From a virus (lineage: Duplodnaviria > Caudoviricetes): a DNA stretch of 35,867 bases. Positions 11,050 through 21,500 of this stretch are shown here, piece by piece. The position numbers and the translations under genes are program-made. Below the pieces are notes generated by a model. That model was not told the DNA's origin, did not search any database, and was given only the letters and a program-made list of their open reading frames with translations. How positions within the stretch are numbered: the stretch's first letter is position 1; each line of letters begins with the position of its first letter. The stretch covers positions 1 through 35,867 of the IMG/VR virus record IMGVR_UViG_3300005805_000236; one strand, given 5' to 3'.

Positions 11050-11525
11050 AAAACAGACATGAAGCTATGAAAGTGATCGGAACTGTAGAACGAATTATTG
11101 AATACAGTGATGGTAGAAAAGAAATATCAGAAATTAAAAATACTATTCTGCGAAAAGGAAGGGAAGCTTTATCTAATAGTTTGGCCAATAGTATTGGCAG
11201 TACATATGAATTTTACATCAACAGGATGTTATTTGGTGATGGTGGCACCAGCGGTGGCACACTTAAGTATGTTGATACCCAAAGAACTGGTTTATTTGGA
11301 ATTACACGAGCTAGCAAACCAGTTATTAGTAATGTAGATCCAAACATACCAAGTCAAGTTATATTTACTTCTGTTTTGACATTTGACGATGCAAATGGTT
11401 ATTCATTGAATGAAATGGCTCTTCAAATGGCAAATGGAGATTTATATAGCATGGTAACATTTGCAGATTTAAGCAAAACATCTTTGATGCAGATAACATT
11501 TAACTGGCGATTATCTTTTGTGTAA
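11046..11525 (+). CDS. Tail collar / fibre-attachment structural protein
   Basis: NTILRKGREAL..., M.FGDGG, ANG.SLNEMAL and K......ITFNWRLSF resemble tail-collar fibre N-terminal domains. ATGA overlap. Confidence 0.6.
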   Translation: MKNRHEAMKVIGTVERIIEYSDGRKEISEIKNTILRKGREALSNSLANSIGSTYEFYINRMLFGDGGTSGGTLKYVDTQRTGLFGITRASKPVISNVDPNIPSQVIFTSVLTFDDANGYSLNEMALQMANGDLYSMVTFADLSKTSLMQITFNWRLSFV

Positions 11526-11537
11526 CATGGAACAAAT

Positions 11538-11807
11538 ATGGCTAGAGAATTAAAAATATTAAATGTAAGGTGTTCTGAATTAAAAAAAGATGTCAGGATG
11601 CTAGTGTTAGAAAATGAAGTTTTTGATTGGGGTCTTGATCAAGAGTCTATCAGTCGTGCAAAAAAAATGATTGATCAAAAACCGGACATGAAAGAATCTA
11701 TAATCATGTCAATTTTAAATCATTTTCTTGATTGTTTTTCAGATTTTTGCGGTAAAAACACCACACTTGAAGAATTTTTAAATTCTGTTGATAAAGGGCA
11801 AATTTAA
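11538..11807 (+). CDS. Hypothetical protein
   Basis: 89-aa ORF filling the gap within the operon. Confidence 0.7.
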   Translation: MARELKILNVRCSELKKDVRMLVLENEVFDWGLDQESISRAKKMIDQKPDMKESIIMSILNHFLDCFSDFCGKNTTLEEFLNSVDKGQI

Positions 11808-11808
11808 T

Positions 11809-12327
11809 ATGACTTCTTTACTTAGTTTTCATGAGAATGATGACAGATTTTATATAAAAAAATCTACTATATCTGGTGCAGGAAAAGGTCTTTTTTCAAG
11901 AAAAAAAATTAATCGAGACGAAAAACTGATTATAAAAGGAGTTCTAGTAGAAAAAGATAGTCCTGCTGATTTTTGCACAACTTTTTCTAATTCTTATAAA
12001 TTTGCAGCCAGTTTAACTTTACTGCCAAATGGAGATATAGATACTGGTAAGTTTTTTATCATACCATTAGGCTATGCAGGAATGGTAAATCATATGGATG
12101 AAGAATCAAAAAGAAATGTGCAAATAGAATATTTTTCTAATTACGAAGTTGCATATGTTTTTCTAAGAGATGTAGAAAAAGATGAAGAAATATTCGGAAA
12201 TTATGGAGAAGATTGGCAAAAAATGTTGTCTTGGTCTGAAAAACAAAAATCAAAAAATAAATCAAATGTTAAGTTGTATGAGAAATTTTTAGAGCTTAAT
12301 TTATATGATTTAGGAGGGCTACAGTGA
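11809..12327 (+). CDS. SET-domain protein (putative lysine methyltransferase)
   Basis: IKKSTISGAGKGLF (motif I), GMVNH (NH motif) and LRDVEKDEEIFGNYG (ELxxDY-like). ATG at 11809 preferred over the ORF-track start at 11788 because it follows the previous stop. Confidence 0.85.
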   Translation: MTSLLSFHENDDRFYIKKSTISGAGKGLFSRKKINRDEKLIIKGVLVEKDSPADFCTTFSNSYKFAASLTLLPNGDIDTGKFFIIPLGYAGMVNHMDEESKRNVQIEYFSNYEVAYVFLRDVEKDEEIFGNYGEDWQKMLSWSEKQKSKNKSNVKLYEKFLELNLYDLGGLQ

Positions 12328-12470
12328 ATTATTGGCTTGATAAAAGAAAGCAAGAAGAAAAAATTTCTGAAAACACTGACAATAAATATAGCATAATCAA
12401 AACAGGCTTTAAAAAGTGGCGAGTATATAAAAATTATATAAATCATCACAAGCCTATCAAAAGAAAATAA
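12324..12470 (+). CDS. Small basic hypothetical protein (48 aa, MNYWLDKRKQEEK...KPIKRK), not in the ORF track
   Basis: GTG start overlaps the SET stop (GTGA), with GGAGG just upstream. Fills the gap to the next gene. Confidence 0.55.
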   Translation: MNYWLDKRKQEEKISENTDNKYSIIKTGFKKWRVYKNYINHHKPIKRK

Positions 12471-12481
12471 AAAGGATAACC

Positions 12482-13333
12482 GTGGTTGATTTATCAAAAC
12501 TCCCAACACCAGAATACAATCCATTAAATCCATATCATTGGTCGTATGACAACATTCCAATAAAGCAATTAGCCGAAAGAGATGTTCTTATAAACAATGA
12601 ATTAGAAAATGTTTCTGAGATTATTCGAAGTGGTGCTGGCACTCAAGGAAATATAGCCAATAGAATAGATCAATCAATTGACGAAGATGGCAACCTATTA
12701 AGTGCTGCTATTGATGATGCTTTGCATAATATAGCAGAACATTCAGACGGATCAAAAACAGAAGATGCAAGCACAATAAGTTTTATAAACACAACTTTAG
12801 GTTTTGCTAGTGTCATAAATCCAGTTTCGTATGTGAGAATGTTAGATGTTGAAAGATCAAAATTAAATCTAATTGCCGAAGAAGCCACTAATATTGATTT
12901 TTCTGTTGTAACACCAAGTAGCACAATTACTGTTACTGAAGGCACTATTTCTTTGGAACCATCAGACAATATTTATTGGGATTTGACTGGACCTGCTAGT
13001 CCAAATATGCCATATGTTCTTAAACCCGTTCTTGGTGTTGGCACTAGTTATTTTCATAATCATTTTTACAATGTAGAACCAATTACTGCAAATTACACTG
13101 ATTTTACAGTAAATTCTATGGCAACTCCGTACATCGAAGATAGTCTAAGAGTTTTCATAAATGGCGTAAAACTTAATGATACAGATGTTATTTATGTACC
13201 TACAAGTGATCCTGCAGATCCATGGGTGCAAAATAAATTTACACCAGATCACACAACTGGATCATTTACGCTTGATGTTGCAATCACTTCTAGTGATATA
13301 ATAAGAATAGATTTTGATATATCACTGTCATGA
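12482..13333 (+). CDS. Putative virion structural protein
   Basis: Y.P..PYH..YDN.PI..L.ERD N-terminus and SLRVFINGVKL / IIRIDF beta-rich C-terminus. Acidic and Thr-rich. GTG start with AAGGA. Confidence 0.55.
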   Translation: MVDLSKLPTPEYNPLNPYHWSYDNIPIKQLAERDVLINNELENVSEIIRSGAGTQGNIANRIDQSIDEDGNLLSAAIDDALHNIAEHSDGSKTEDASTISFINTTLGFASVINPVSYVRMLDVERSKLNLIAEEATNIDFSVVTPSSTITVTEGTISLEPSDNIYWDLTGPASPNMPYVLKPVLGVGTSYFHNHFYNVEPITANYTDFTVNSMATPYIEDSLRVFINGVKLNDTDVIYVPTSDPADPWVQNKFTPDHTTGSFTLDVAITSSDIIRIDFDISLS

Positions 13334-13872
13334 GAATAAAAATGAACGATCCAAAAGCCTTAAATTATGGTTTTATCATCATTGCACCAGATAACAATCC
13401 AAAACTAGTTGAATTAACAGCTTCTTCTGTGCGTAACAAATATCCTAACTCGCCATTTATTTGCATCGTCACTAGTGAAATTTCACCAGAAAATGCTCAA
13501 GAAATTTCAAGAATATGTCCTACTTTCCAAGCAGATAATAGTTATTCATCTCTGATAAATGAAGGAATGAAAAACCCACCTTCGGATTGGAACTTAATTG
13601 TCATAAGTGGAACTTCCATAAGAAATAGATTTTTTAGAAAATATTCTTGTTTTGTACAAAGTGATAAAGATATTTTATTTCCAGTTGTTGATAGAAAATG
13701 GAATTTTGTAGATGCTACAGTAAATGGTATATTTTTACATAGAAATACTTTTAAAGAATTGGGTGCAATGCCACAACACCCCACTATTCAAGAGTGCAAA
13801 GCTAATTGGGCATACGAGGCAATAAACAAAGGATATAAATTTAAGGCCGTAATCGGAACAAGTCTTGTTTAA
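13330..13872 (+). CDS. Glycosyltransferase family 2-like protein (divergent)
   Basis: GFIIIAPD...TASSV, YSSLINEGMK...DWNLIV and GIFLHRNTFKELG follow the GT-A/GT2 pattern. No clear DxD motif. Confidence 0.55.
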   Translation: MRIKMNDPKALNYGFIIIAPDNNPKLVELTASSVRNKYPNSPFICIVTSEISPENAQEISRICPTFQADNSYSSLINEGMKNPPSDWNLIVISGTSIRNRFFRKYSCFVQSDKDILFPVVDRKWNFVDATVNGIFLHRNTFKELGAMPQHPTIQECKANWAYEAINKGYKFKAVIGTSLV

Positions 13873-14372
13873 GACATTTTTTGCTTCAAAAGATACCAAG
13901 TATCATCGTATTCTAAACCTTTATCAACAAGATCAAGATAAATGTAAAGATCATTCCATGAACCAAACATATGTTTGATTGGGAACAATCCAAAATACCA
14001 AACTGGTAAATTTTCTACACCAGATGGGCAAACTAATAGTGTAGGCTTCATAGCCCTCCAACTTTCAGTGATCTCGTGATGAGTTCCAGTGGTAGGAACT
14101 TTATATGGTAAACAAGCAATTAAAATATCGGACTTGTAAACCATTCCTAAATCTTTTCTTACAAATTGTTTTGCTATTTTTTTAATTTTTTCAAAATCTT
14201 TAACTTTTTTTGCTTCTGATATGTCTGGCAACCATTGTTGTTTTGGGTCAGAAAATGGGTCAAAAATTTGCAAACCAAATTTACTTTCAAGAATTTTAAC
14301 TGGTTCCGTCCTCCAATTTAAATCATTAAATTCAATTGGACCGCTCAAATAAACAGTAGCTCCTGCCAACAT
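13869..14372 (-). CDS. Nucleoside 2-deoxyribosyltransferase-like / nucleotide N-hydrolase
   Basis: VYLSGP, IFDPF, DL..V.KSDILIA and GT.HE (catalytic Glu position) are NDT-superfamily motifs. SD AGGAG on the minus strand. Confidence 0.8.
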   Translation of the reverse strand: MLAGATVYLSGPIEFNDLNWRTEPVKILESKFGLQIFDPFSDPKQQWLPDISEAKKVKDFEKIKKIAKQFVRKDLGMVYKSDILIACLPYKVPTTGTHHEITESWRAMKPTLLVCPSGVENLPVWYFGLFPIKHMFGSWNDLYIYLDLVDKGLEYDDTWYLLKQKMS

Positions 14373-14461
14373 TTTAAATATCTCCTGAAAAGATTAATTT
14401 TAATTCATTTTCAAGACAAATCAATACAAGTTGTAAACTCTTATAGTGTAAGGAGAAAATC

Positions 14462-15139
14462 ATGGAAAACACACAATTAATCAATGATATGAAAGATATT
14501 TTGAAAACAGAGATTGTCGAAAGACACAGTTATTTTCAAATGAAATATTTTATTGTGAATAAAGAACCAACGCATCAAGCAAAAATGTGGCAATGTTTAC
14601 GAGAAATTAAAAGTAGATATGAATCTCTGCAAGCTATAGAACTTGAAATTGATGAAGGTAAGGATAACCTAGAATTGATTGATATTAACATAAATAAGAT
14701 GATGGCTGCATATGATAAAAAAGCATCTTCTGGAAAGACTCCTGATACTTTGAAGATCTGTGAAATTAAGCTAAGAAAAGCAAAAAGGCAGAAAATTGCA
14801 GCAGAGAAGAATATTGAATTACTTGTTAAGAAGAAAAAAAACCTAGAGGAAGAGGCTAATTTCTTTACACTTGCATTTAGAAACTTGCAAACAGTTGAAC
14901 CTTTGAAAGATTTTGATGATTTGGAAGCACAAAAAAAGTATTGGGGAGAAAAACTTTTACAAAAAATAAATTTGAAAATGCTTTTGCAATCTCATGTTGA
15001 CACAGAACTTATTGAAACTGTGTTAGCTCTTCCAGATGACATTCCAATCAAAGAACAAACTGTTAAAAATCTAGATTCAAGATATAAACAAATGATTCAA
15101 ATTAAAAATCAAGCAGAACAGGCAATAAGCCAAAAGTAG
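14462..15139 (+). CDS. Hypothetical coiled-coil protein
   Basis: Strong SD AAGGAG. Lys/Glu/Leu-rich helical sequence. Confidence 0.7.
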   Translation: MENTQLINDMKDILKTEIVERHSYFQMKYFIVNKEPTHQAKMWQCLREIKSRYESLQAIELEIDEGKDNLELIDININKMMAAYDKKASSGKTPDTLKICEIKLRKAKRQKIAAEKNIELLVKKKKNLEEEANFFTLAFRNLQTVEPLKDFDDLEAQKKYWGEKLLQKINLKMLLQSHVDTELIETVLALPDDIPIKEQTVKNLDSRYKQMIQIKNQAEQAISQK

Positions 15140-15146
15140 GTTATAA

Positions 15147-16196
15147 ATGGCACTGAGAATTTCTTCATTAGATTCTGGATATACAATAGGTGGTCTATCA
15201 ACCTTTCCAACAGGAATTGATAGCAAAACATCTCTGTATGAAGCCAAAAATAATGCAGAAACAATTTTAAGACAACCATTAACTTTTAATGGCAAGTACA
15301 TCATTGTAAATGATAACACACAATTTCCAAGTCGTGGATTATTGCGAATTGGACCACCGGCAGGAAAAATTGGTAATTATGAAATCATTTATTATGCAGT
15401 TAAAACAAACAATGTTTTTTCAGATTTAGTTAGAGGCTTCGCTGGTTCTAGACAGTCAACTTGGCCAGTCGGTAGCAGTGTACTACTGTCTGTAATGGCA
15501 GAACATCACAATGCTCTCAAAGATGCGATTTATAATATGCAAGTTGACCTAGGAGTATCTGCAAACCCCACAACAGATTCATTAAATGGCATACTAAAAA
15601 GACAAGAAAATATATTTTTAGCACCTAAACCAATTTTTAGAGCGCATAAAATAATTGGAACACCACCTTTGACTGTAAGATTTCAAAATTTTAGTACTGG
15701 TCCAATTATTAGATATTTATGGGACTTTGGAGATGGAACCACATCAGTAGAAAAAAATCCAATTCACACTTACCAAAATGAAGGTATATATACTGTTCAA
15801 TTAAATGTTGTATCAGTACTGGGTGGACAAGGAATAGCTACAAAAAGCAATTACATAACCGTTAGTAATGAAGAAATTACTCCATTTTTCTATGTGACTC
15901 CAACTGTTGGAATATCAAAAGAAACTGCTTTGAAATTAGCTGTAACTCCTACAACTTTTAGATTTATTGACCAGACAGACGGAGATATATCTCAACGATA
16001 TTGGATTTTTGGAGGAAACGGAACAGTGAATGGAGTGCCAGTATCAAACCAAAGCTATCAAATAAGCAATCCTAATTTGCATGAAATAAATTTTGTTTAT
16101 GATAAACCAAACACCTATACTCCGGGATTGATGTTGGTTTTAGAAAATGCAAATAGTAAACGAGCTTTCCTATCTGAAAACATTGTGGTGACCTAA
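15147..16196 (+). CDS. PKD-domain virion protein (paralog 1)
   Basis: [12 protein letters not shown]....[19 protein letters not shown]...GIYTV.L is a canonical PKD domain. N-terminal domain ends in [11 protein letters not shown]. Confidence 0.8.
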   Translation: MALRISSLDSGYTIGGLSTFPTGIDSKTSLYEAKNNAETILRQPLTFNGKYIIVNDNTQFPSRGLLRIGPPAGKIGNYEIIYYAVKTNNVFSDLVRGFAGSRQSTWPVGSSVLLSVMAEHHNALKDAIYNMQVDLGVSANPTTDSLNGILKRQENIFLAPKPIFRAHKIIGTPPLTVRFQNFSTGPIIRYLWDFGDGTTSVEKNPIHTYQNEGIYTVQLNVVSVLGGQGIATKSNYITVSNEEITPFFYVTPTVGISKETALKLAVTPTTFRFIDQTDGDISQRYWIFGGNGTVNGVPVSNQSYQISNPNLHEINFVYDKPNTYTPGLMLVLENANSKRAFLSENIVVT

Positions 16197-18493
16197 TGAC
16201 AATACCTTCTGTTTCAAATTTCCCGACCAGTATTGATTCTGATGACAATTTATTTTTAGTGCATGATAGCCTGAGAGTAAAATTATCACAAGACTACAAT
16301 CCGGGCGACACATCAATTGCTGTTTATGGCGATACAACTATAATTGCTAGATTTCCACCAACCGGAATAATTACTCTTACAGAACAATGTGAAGATGCTG
16401 AGAATAGAGCCATTTCTTTCTATTATGGCAGCAGAACAGAAATATCTTTTGATCAATTAGAAATATTATCTGGTTTTACTGATGTTGCAAAACCTAAAGA
16501 CATTACAAACATCACACAAAATGTGATGGCTCAACATCATAATGCAATTAAAAATGCTTTGATAAGTATACAACAAACCGCTGGAAAAAAAGGACAAGTA
16601 GCACAATACCCTTTAACTGGAACTATGGAAGAGAGAATTAATTATCTTCGCAGCATTGCATTAGTTCCTAAAGCTTGGTTTACTGCAGATAAAACAATAG
16701 GTTTGATTCCTTTTGAATGTCAATTTAGAGATTTAAGTTTTAGATTAGGGACAGATGGAACTACAGGTGTAATTAGTTATGTTTGGGATTTTGGTGACAA
16801 CACATCTTCTGTAATTAGCTCGATAAGCAATATCAGCAATATAAGCACCATAAGTACCATAAGCACTTTTGAGGGTCCTATATCTCAAGACAATGTTTTT
16901 GTTGAAGATTTAGATGGTGGCACTATCACTAAAGTATACACAAGACCCGGTATTTACGATGTAACACTTACAGTAACTAACGATTTTGGCACTGATACTG
17001 TGGTTTTTCCTTCCTTTATCAATGCTAGGGTAGCTGCACCAGAACTTGCCGTTATCAATTTTAATGTAAGGGCTGGACAATCTTTGATTGTGAATGGAAT
17101 TCCATCTGGTGGGCCTTACACAACAACTCCAGTTTTGCGAACTCCTGTAAATACATTTGTAGACGCAGAAATACCTACTGGTGTAAATCCAAACACAGGA
17201 AAAACTTATGCGGGTGAAGAACTTTCGGGAATAGATCCAATAGATCCTATTACCAATTACACATGGTCATTGGCAGATGATTTAGCTCATAGTAATTCAT
17301 CTAGCGTAAGAGGATCATACAGTGTTGGAGGTATTTATAATTTACATTTAAGATGCGACACAGCTTATGGTTCATACAGAATAACAACATACGATAATGC
17401 AATTGATGTAGTTGAAAAATACAATTTATGGTTATGGAATTATGTAGACACATCTAATTTAAAATCATATGAATTTGGTTTAATTAGCGAAACATTTAAA
17501 ACTTCATTTAGCACAGCAGTGACGATTTCAAGAAATGATACTTTTTTAAATGGAGCAAGCAATGAGACACAACAGAAAAAAGAATTTGAAAGAAATGTAG
17601 GTTTTGCACCAAGAGGCACAACACCTTCTGGAAATGGTGGCGTGGGTTTGTTGTATTACGCAAGCGGAAGAAGCAGTGTCGATTCTCCTACTTTAGAAAC
17701 AATAAAATTTCATGAATTTAATGGTTTCACACAAACATATTTAGTTCAAACACCAATCAGCAGACCATGGAATTGGATTGATTTGTTCAGTTCCTCCGCT
17801 ATTTATTTTATCATGGGTAATATCACTACTGCCCAATTGCCAAATACAAGTTTAACAAATCAACAAAAAGATAAATTAAATTTGAATGATTTAAGTGTAA
17901 TTAGCGATACTTTTACCACGGCCAATTATAAAAATGGCGCACAAGAACTAAAAAATAATGAAGTTACATTTACAAGTGGACTGCCCAATCAAGGTCATAT
18001 GTCAGTCTATAGATCTTGTTGGAAAGATACTGCAGGATTTATTCTTAGAAACCAAGGTGTAGGTACATTTTTTAGAATTAAAAGTTTTTATAAAACATCG
18101 GGAACAACATCAGAATACTTCCAAGATATTAAAAAATTAACAGATATGGCAGGGCCAGCTAAGATTGAAGGTCAATTAGTACCTCTAAGTCAAGGAGTTT
18201 ACTTTTTTAACAATAGTGGTGCAATTTCTGCTTTCAATCCAACAACAAATATATGGGAAACTGGTGGAACTGGTGTAAATTCTGCGTCATTTAGACTATT
18301 ACAGGATAACGCAGTAGTGGGATTTGACGAACAAGATCAAACATTAGTTGCAGCTAGTGATTCCAATAAAATTGCTTATTTGAGTTTTGATTACAGTACC
18401 AAGGCTTTTATAAAATTTAATGAAACAACACTTACCTTTACAAATGTATCGTACAGACCGACAGGCACACAATTTAAAATGTCTATTTTCTAA
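16196..18493 (+). CDS. PKD-domain virion protein (paralog 2), probable fibre/adhesin
   Basis: PKAWFTA, WDFGD and YTRPGIYDVTLTVTN form a PKD domain. Shares the N-terminal domain (AQHHNAIKNAL). Beta-rich C-terminus. Confidence 0.75.
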   Translation: MTIPSVSNFPTSIDSDDNLFLVHDSLRVKLSQDYNPGDTSIAVYGDTTIIARFPPTGIITLTEQCEDAENRAISFYYGSRTEISFDQLEILSGFTDVAKPKDITNITQNVMAQHHNAIKNALISIQQTAGKKGQVAQYPLTGTMEERINYLRSIALVPKAWFTADKTIGLIPFECQFRDLSFRLGTDGTTGVISYVWDFGDNTSSVISSISNISNISTISTISTFEGPISQDNVFVEDLDGGTITKVYTRPGIYDVTLTVTNDFGTDTVVFPSFINARVAAPELAVINFNVRAGQSLIVNGIPSGGPYTTTPVLRTPVNTFVDAEIPTGVNPNTGKTYAGEELSGIDPIDPITNYTWSLADDLAHSNSSSVRGSYSVGGIYNLHLRCDTAYGSYRITTYDNAIDVVEKYNLWLWNYVDTSNLKSYEFGLISETFKTSFSTAVTISRNDTFLNGASNETQQKKEFERNVGFAPRGTTPSGNGGVGLLYYASGRSSVDSPTLETIKFHEFNGFTQTYLVQTPISRPWNWIDLFSSSAIYFIMGNITTAQLPNTSLTNQQKDKLNLNDLSVISDTFTTANYKNGAQELKNNEVTFTSGLPNQGHMSVYRSCWKDTAGFILRNQGVGTFFRIKSFYKTSGTTSEYFQDIKKLTDMAGPAKIEGQLVPLSQGVYFFNNSGAISAFNPTTNIWETGGTGVNSASFRLLQDNAVVGFDEQDQTLVAASDSNKIAYLSFDYSTKAFIKFNETTLTFTNVSYRPTGTQFKMSIF
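16814..16867 (+). repeat. Six copies of a degenerate 9-nt repeat encoding IS(S/N/T)
   Basis: att agc tcg ata agc aat atc agc aat ata agc acc ata agt acc ata agc act. Confidence 0.85.
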
Positions 18494-18517
18494 ATAAAAC
18501 AGCTAAATAAATAAAAG

Positions 18518-21500
18518 ATGTCTCATAATTTTCCTCCAATACCTGTTTATCCAAAAAATTACGATACTAATCGTACTTTGTATTTGGTTTATAATACTAG
18601 CGAAACAGTGACCACTGTAGATAACAGTCCATTTGAAAACTCTATAGAAATTCAACCAGTATTACAAAGTGAAAACGAAATATGGGCAGATAATGGTTTT
18701 GCAAACATAAATGGAGAGTTGTTTTATTATGGTGGTGTACTTAAAAATGCTAATAATAAAGTTTACAAACTCATAAATTGTGCGAGAAACCTAGGTGGCA
18801 CAAAAACTAGATTTAATTCTGCTGGTGCTGAAGTAAGAGGTTATGTTGTTGCAGAACATCACAATCAACTTGTAGATGCTATTATAAAAACTCAAAATTT
18901 TATAGGATACAATTTCACTCCTGATCAAGCCAGTTTGGATTGGAGAATTAGAAATTTAGCAGAATTAGAAGTAATATTTGATGATTACACTTGTCCTGAT
19001 GTTACTTTCTTTTTTTCTATAACATCAGTTAGTCCAGTAGCAGGTACTGTTGCTACATATAATGTTGAAATTACAGGTGCATATAAGAGCTTTAGAATAG
19101 ATTTTGGTGATGGAAAATTTACGACCACTGATCTTTTTGGAACACATGTATACGCAGCCAATACCACCATAGATCCAGTAATTCAAGTAAACACAGAACA
19201 ATGTACAATTGTGCAAAGTCCTTCCGAAAGAACAATTGCACAACAACCAAATATACAAGTACCTAATCAACCTTTAGAATTTTTAATTCCTAACATTCCC
19301 GACATACCACCATTAGTAATTCCAACTATAAATTTGCCTCAAATAAATGTACAACCACCACCTATTGTATTTCCTTGTTTAGATATAGGTCCTTTAGGAC
19401 CTATAAATATACCTTCAATTATTGTTGTTGATCCACCTATTCCAACGATAATTAACTTTGGACCATTACCTAATTTTTGCAGCACAATTAATTTTGGTCC
19501 TTTTACATTACCAACGCTAATCGAATTTGGTCCTTTGCCTGCATTTCCTAGCATAGTAATTGGTTCTTTTCCAACATTCCCAACAATGATTGAATTTGGA
19601 CCATTTCCAGTATGTAGTCTTATAAATTTCGGTCCACTAAATTGTCCAACTTTAATTAATTTTGGTCCAATAAAGTTGCCTTCAATAATAAATTTTGGAC
19701 CATTTTTTATACCAACAATAATAAATTTTGGTCCCTTGCCTAATTTTTGTAGCACTATTACTTTTGGTCCAATTCAAATTCCAAGTATCATAGAGTTTGG
19801 ACCACCACCAACTTTACCTAGCATAACATTTGGGACTTTTCCAACATTTCCAACAATGATTACATTTGGACCATTTCCAGTTTGTAGTCTTATAAATTTT
19901 GGACCTTTGAATTGCCCAACAATAATTAATTTTGGACCATTAGATATACCAACGATTATCGGATTTGGACCGTTAGACATACCAACACAAATTACATTTG
20001 GTCCTTTAACAGGTTTGTGTACTGTAATTCAATTTGGACCCCTAGATCTACCATCTATAATAAATTTTGGTCCTGTACCATCATTTTCAGTTATAAATTT
20101 CGGTCCAGTACCAACATTCCCAACAACAATTAATTTTGGTCCATTCCCAGTATGCAGTTTGATTTTATTTGGTCCGTTAAGTTGTCCAACCTTAATCAAC
20201 TTCGGACCTATAGACATACCAACTGTGATTAATTTTGGACCAACAGACATACCAACACAAATTACATTTGGTCCTTTAACAGGTTTATGTACTGTTATTC
20301 AATTTGGACCAGTGGATTTACCATCAATTATAAATTTTGGTCCAACACCATCATTTTCAGTTATAAATTTCGGTCCAGTACCAACATTCCCAACAACAAT
20401 TAATTTTGGACCATTCCCAGTTTGTAGTTTAATTTTGTTTGGCCCTTTAAGTTGTCCAACCTTAATTAACTTCGGACCTGTAGACATACCAACTGTGATA
20501 AATTTTGGACCAACAGACATACCAACACAAATTACATTTGGTCCTTTGACAGGTTTATGTACTATTATTCAATTCGGACCAGTGGATTTACCATCACTGA
20601 TAAATTTTGGTCCTGTGCCATCATTCTCCATGATACAGTTTGGTCCTCCTCCTACATTCCCAACAGTGATTGGTTTTGGTCCATTCCCAGTGTGCAGTCT
20701 TATAAATTTTGGTCCACTAAATTGTCCAACACTTATAAATTTTGGACCTGCAGACATTCCAACCTTAATTAACTTTGGACCAACAGACATACCAACACAA
20801 ATTACATTTGGTCCTTTGACAGGTTTATGTACTGTTATTCAATTTGGACCAGTGGATTTACCGTCAATTATAAATTTTGGTCCAACACCATCATTTTCAA
20901 TGATACAGTTTGGACCTCCTCCTTCATTTCCAACAGTTATTGGATTTGGACCATTCCCTGTTTGTAGTCTTATAAATTTTGGTCCACTAAATTGTCCAAC
21001 GCTTATAAATTTTGGACCTGTGGATATTCCAACCTTAATTAACTTTGGGCCTACAGACATACCAACACAAATTACATTTGGTCCTTTGACAGGTTTATGT
21101 ACTGTTATTCAATTTGGACCAGTAAATTTGCCAACACTTATAAATTTTGGTCCGACACCATCATTTTCAATGATACAGTTTGGACCTCCTCCTTCATTTC
21201 CGACAGTTATTGGATTTGGTCCATTCCCAGTGTGCAGTCTTATAAATTTTGGTCCATTAAATTGTCCAACACTTATAAATTTTGGACCTGTAAATGTTCC
21301 AACCTTAATTAACTTCGGACCTTTAAGTGGTTTGTGTACTTTAATTCAATTTGGCCCAGTGAATTTGCCAACTTTGATAAATTTTGGACCTGCAAATATT
21401 CCTAGTATCATAAATTTCGGTCCTGCAAATATTGCCACATTGATAAATTTTGGACCTGTAAATGTACCTACCCAGATTACATTTGGTCCTGTGAGCGTAC

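Noticed and set aside
1-11525. Bacterial eCIS, tailocin or T6SS locus
   Set aside because: Linked primase, nuclease and many small phage-like ORFs, with no cellular housekeeping genes, fit a phage genome better.
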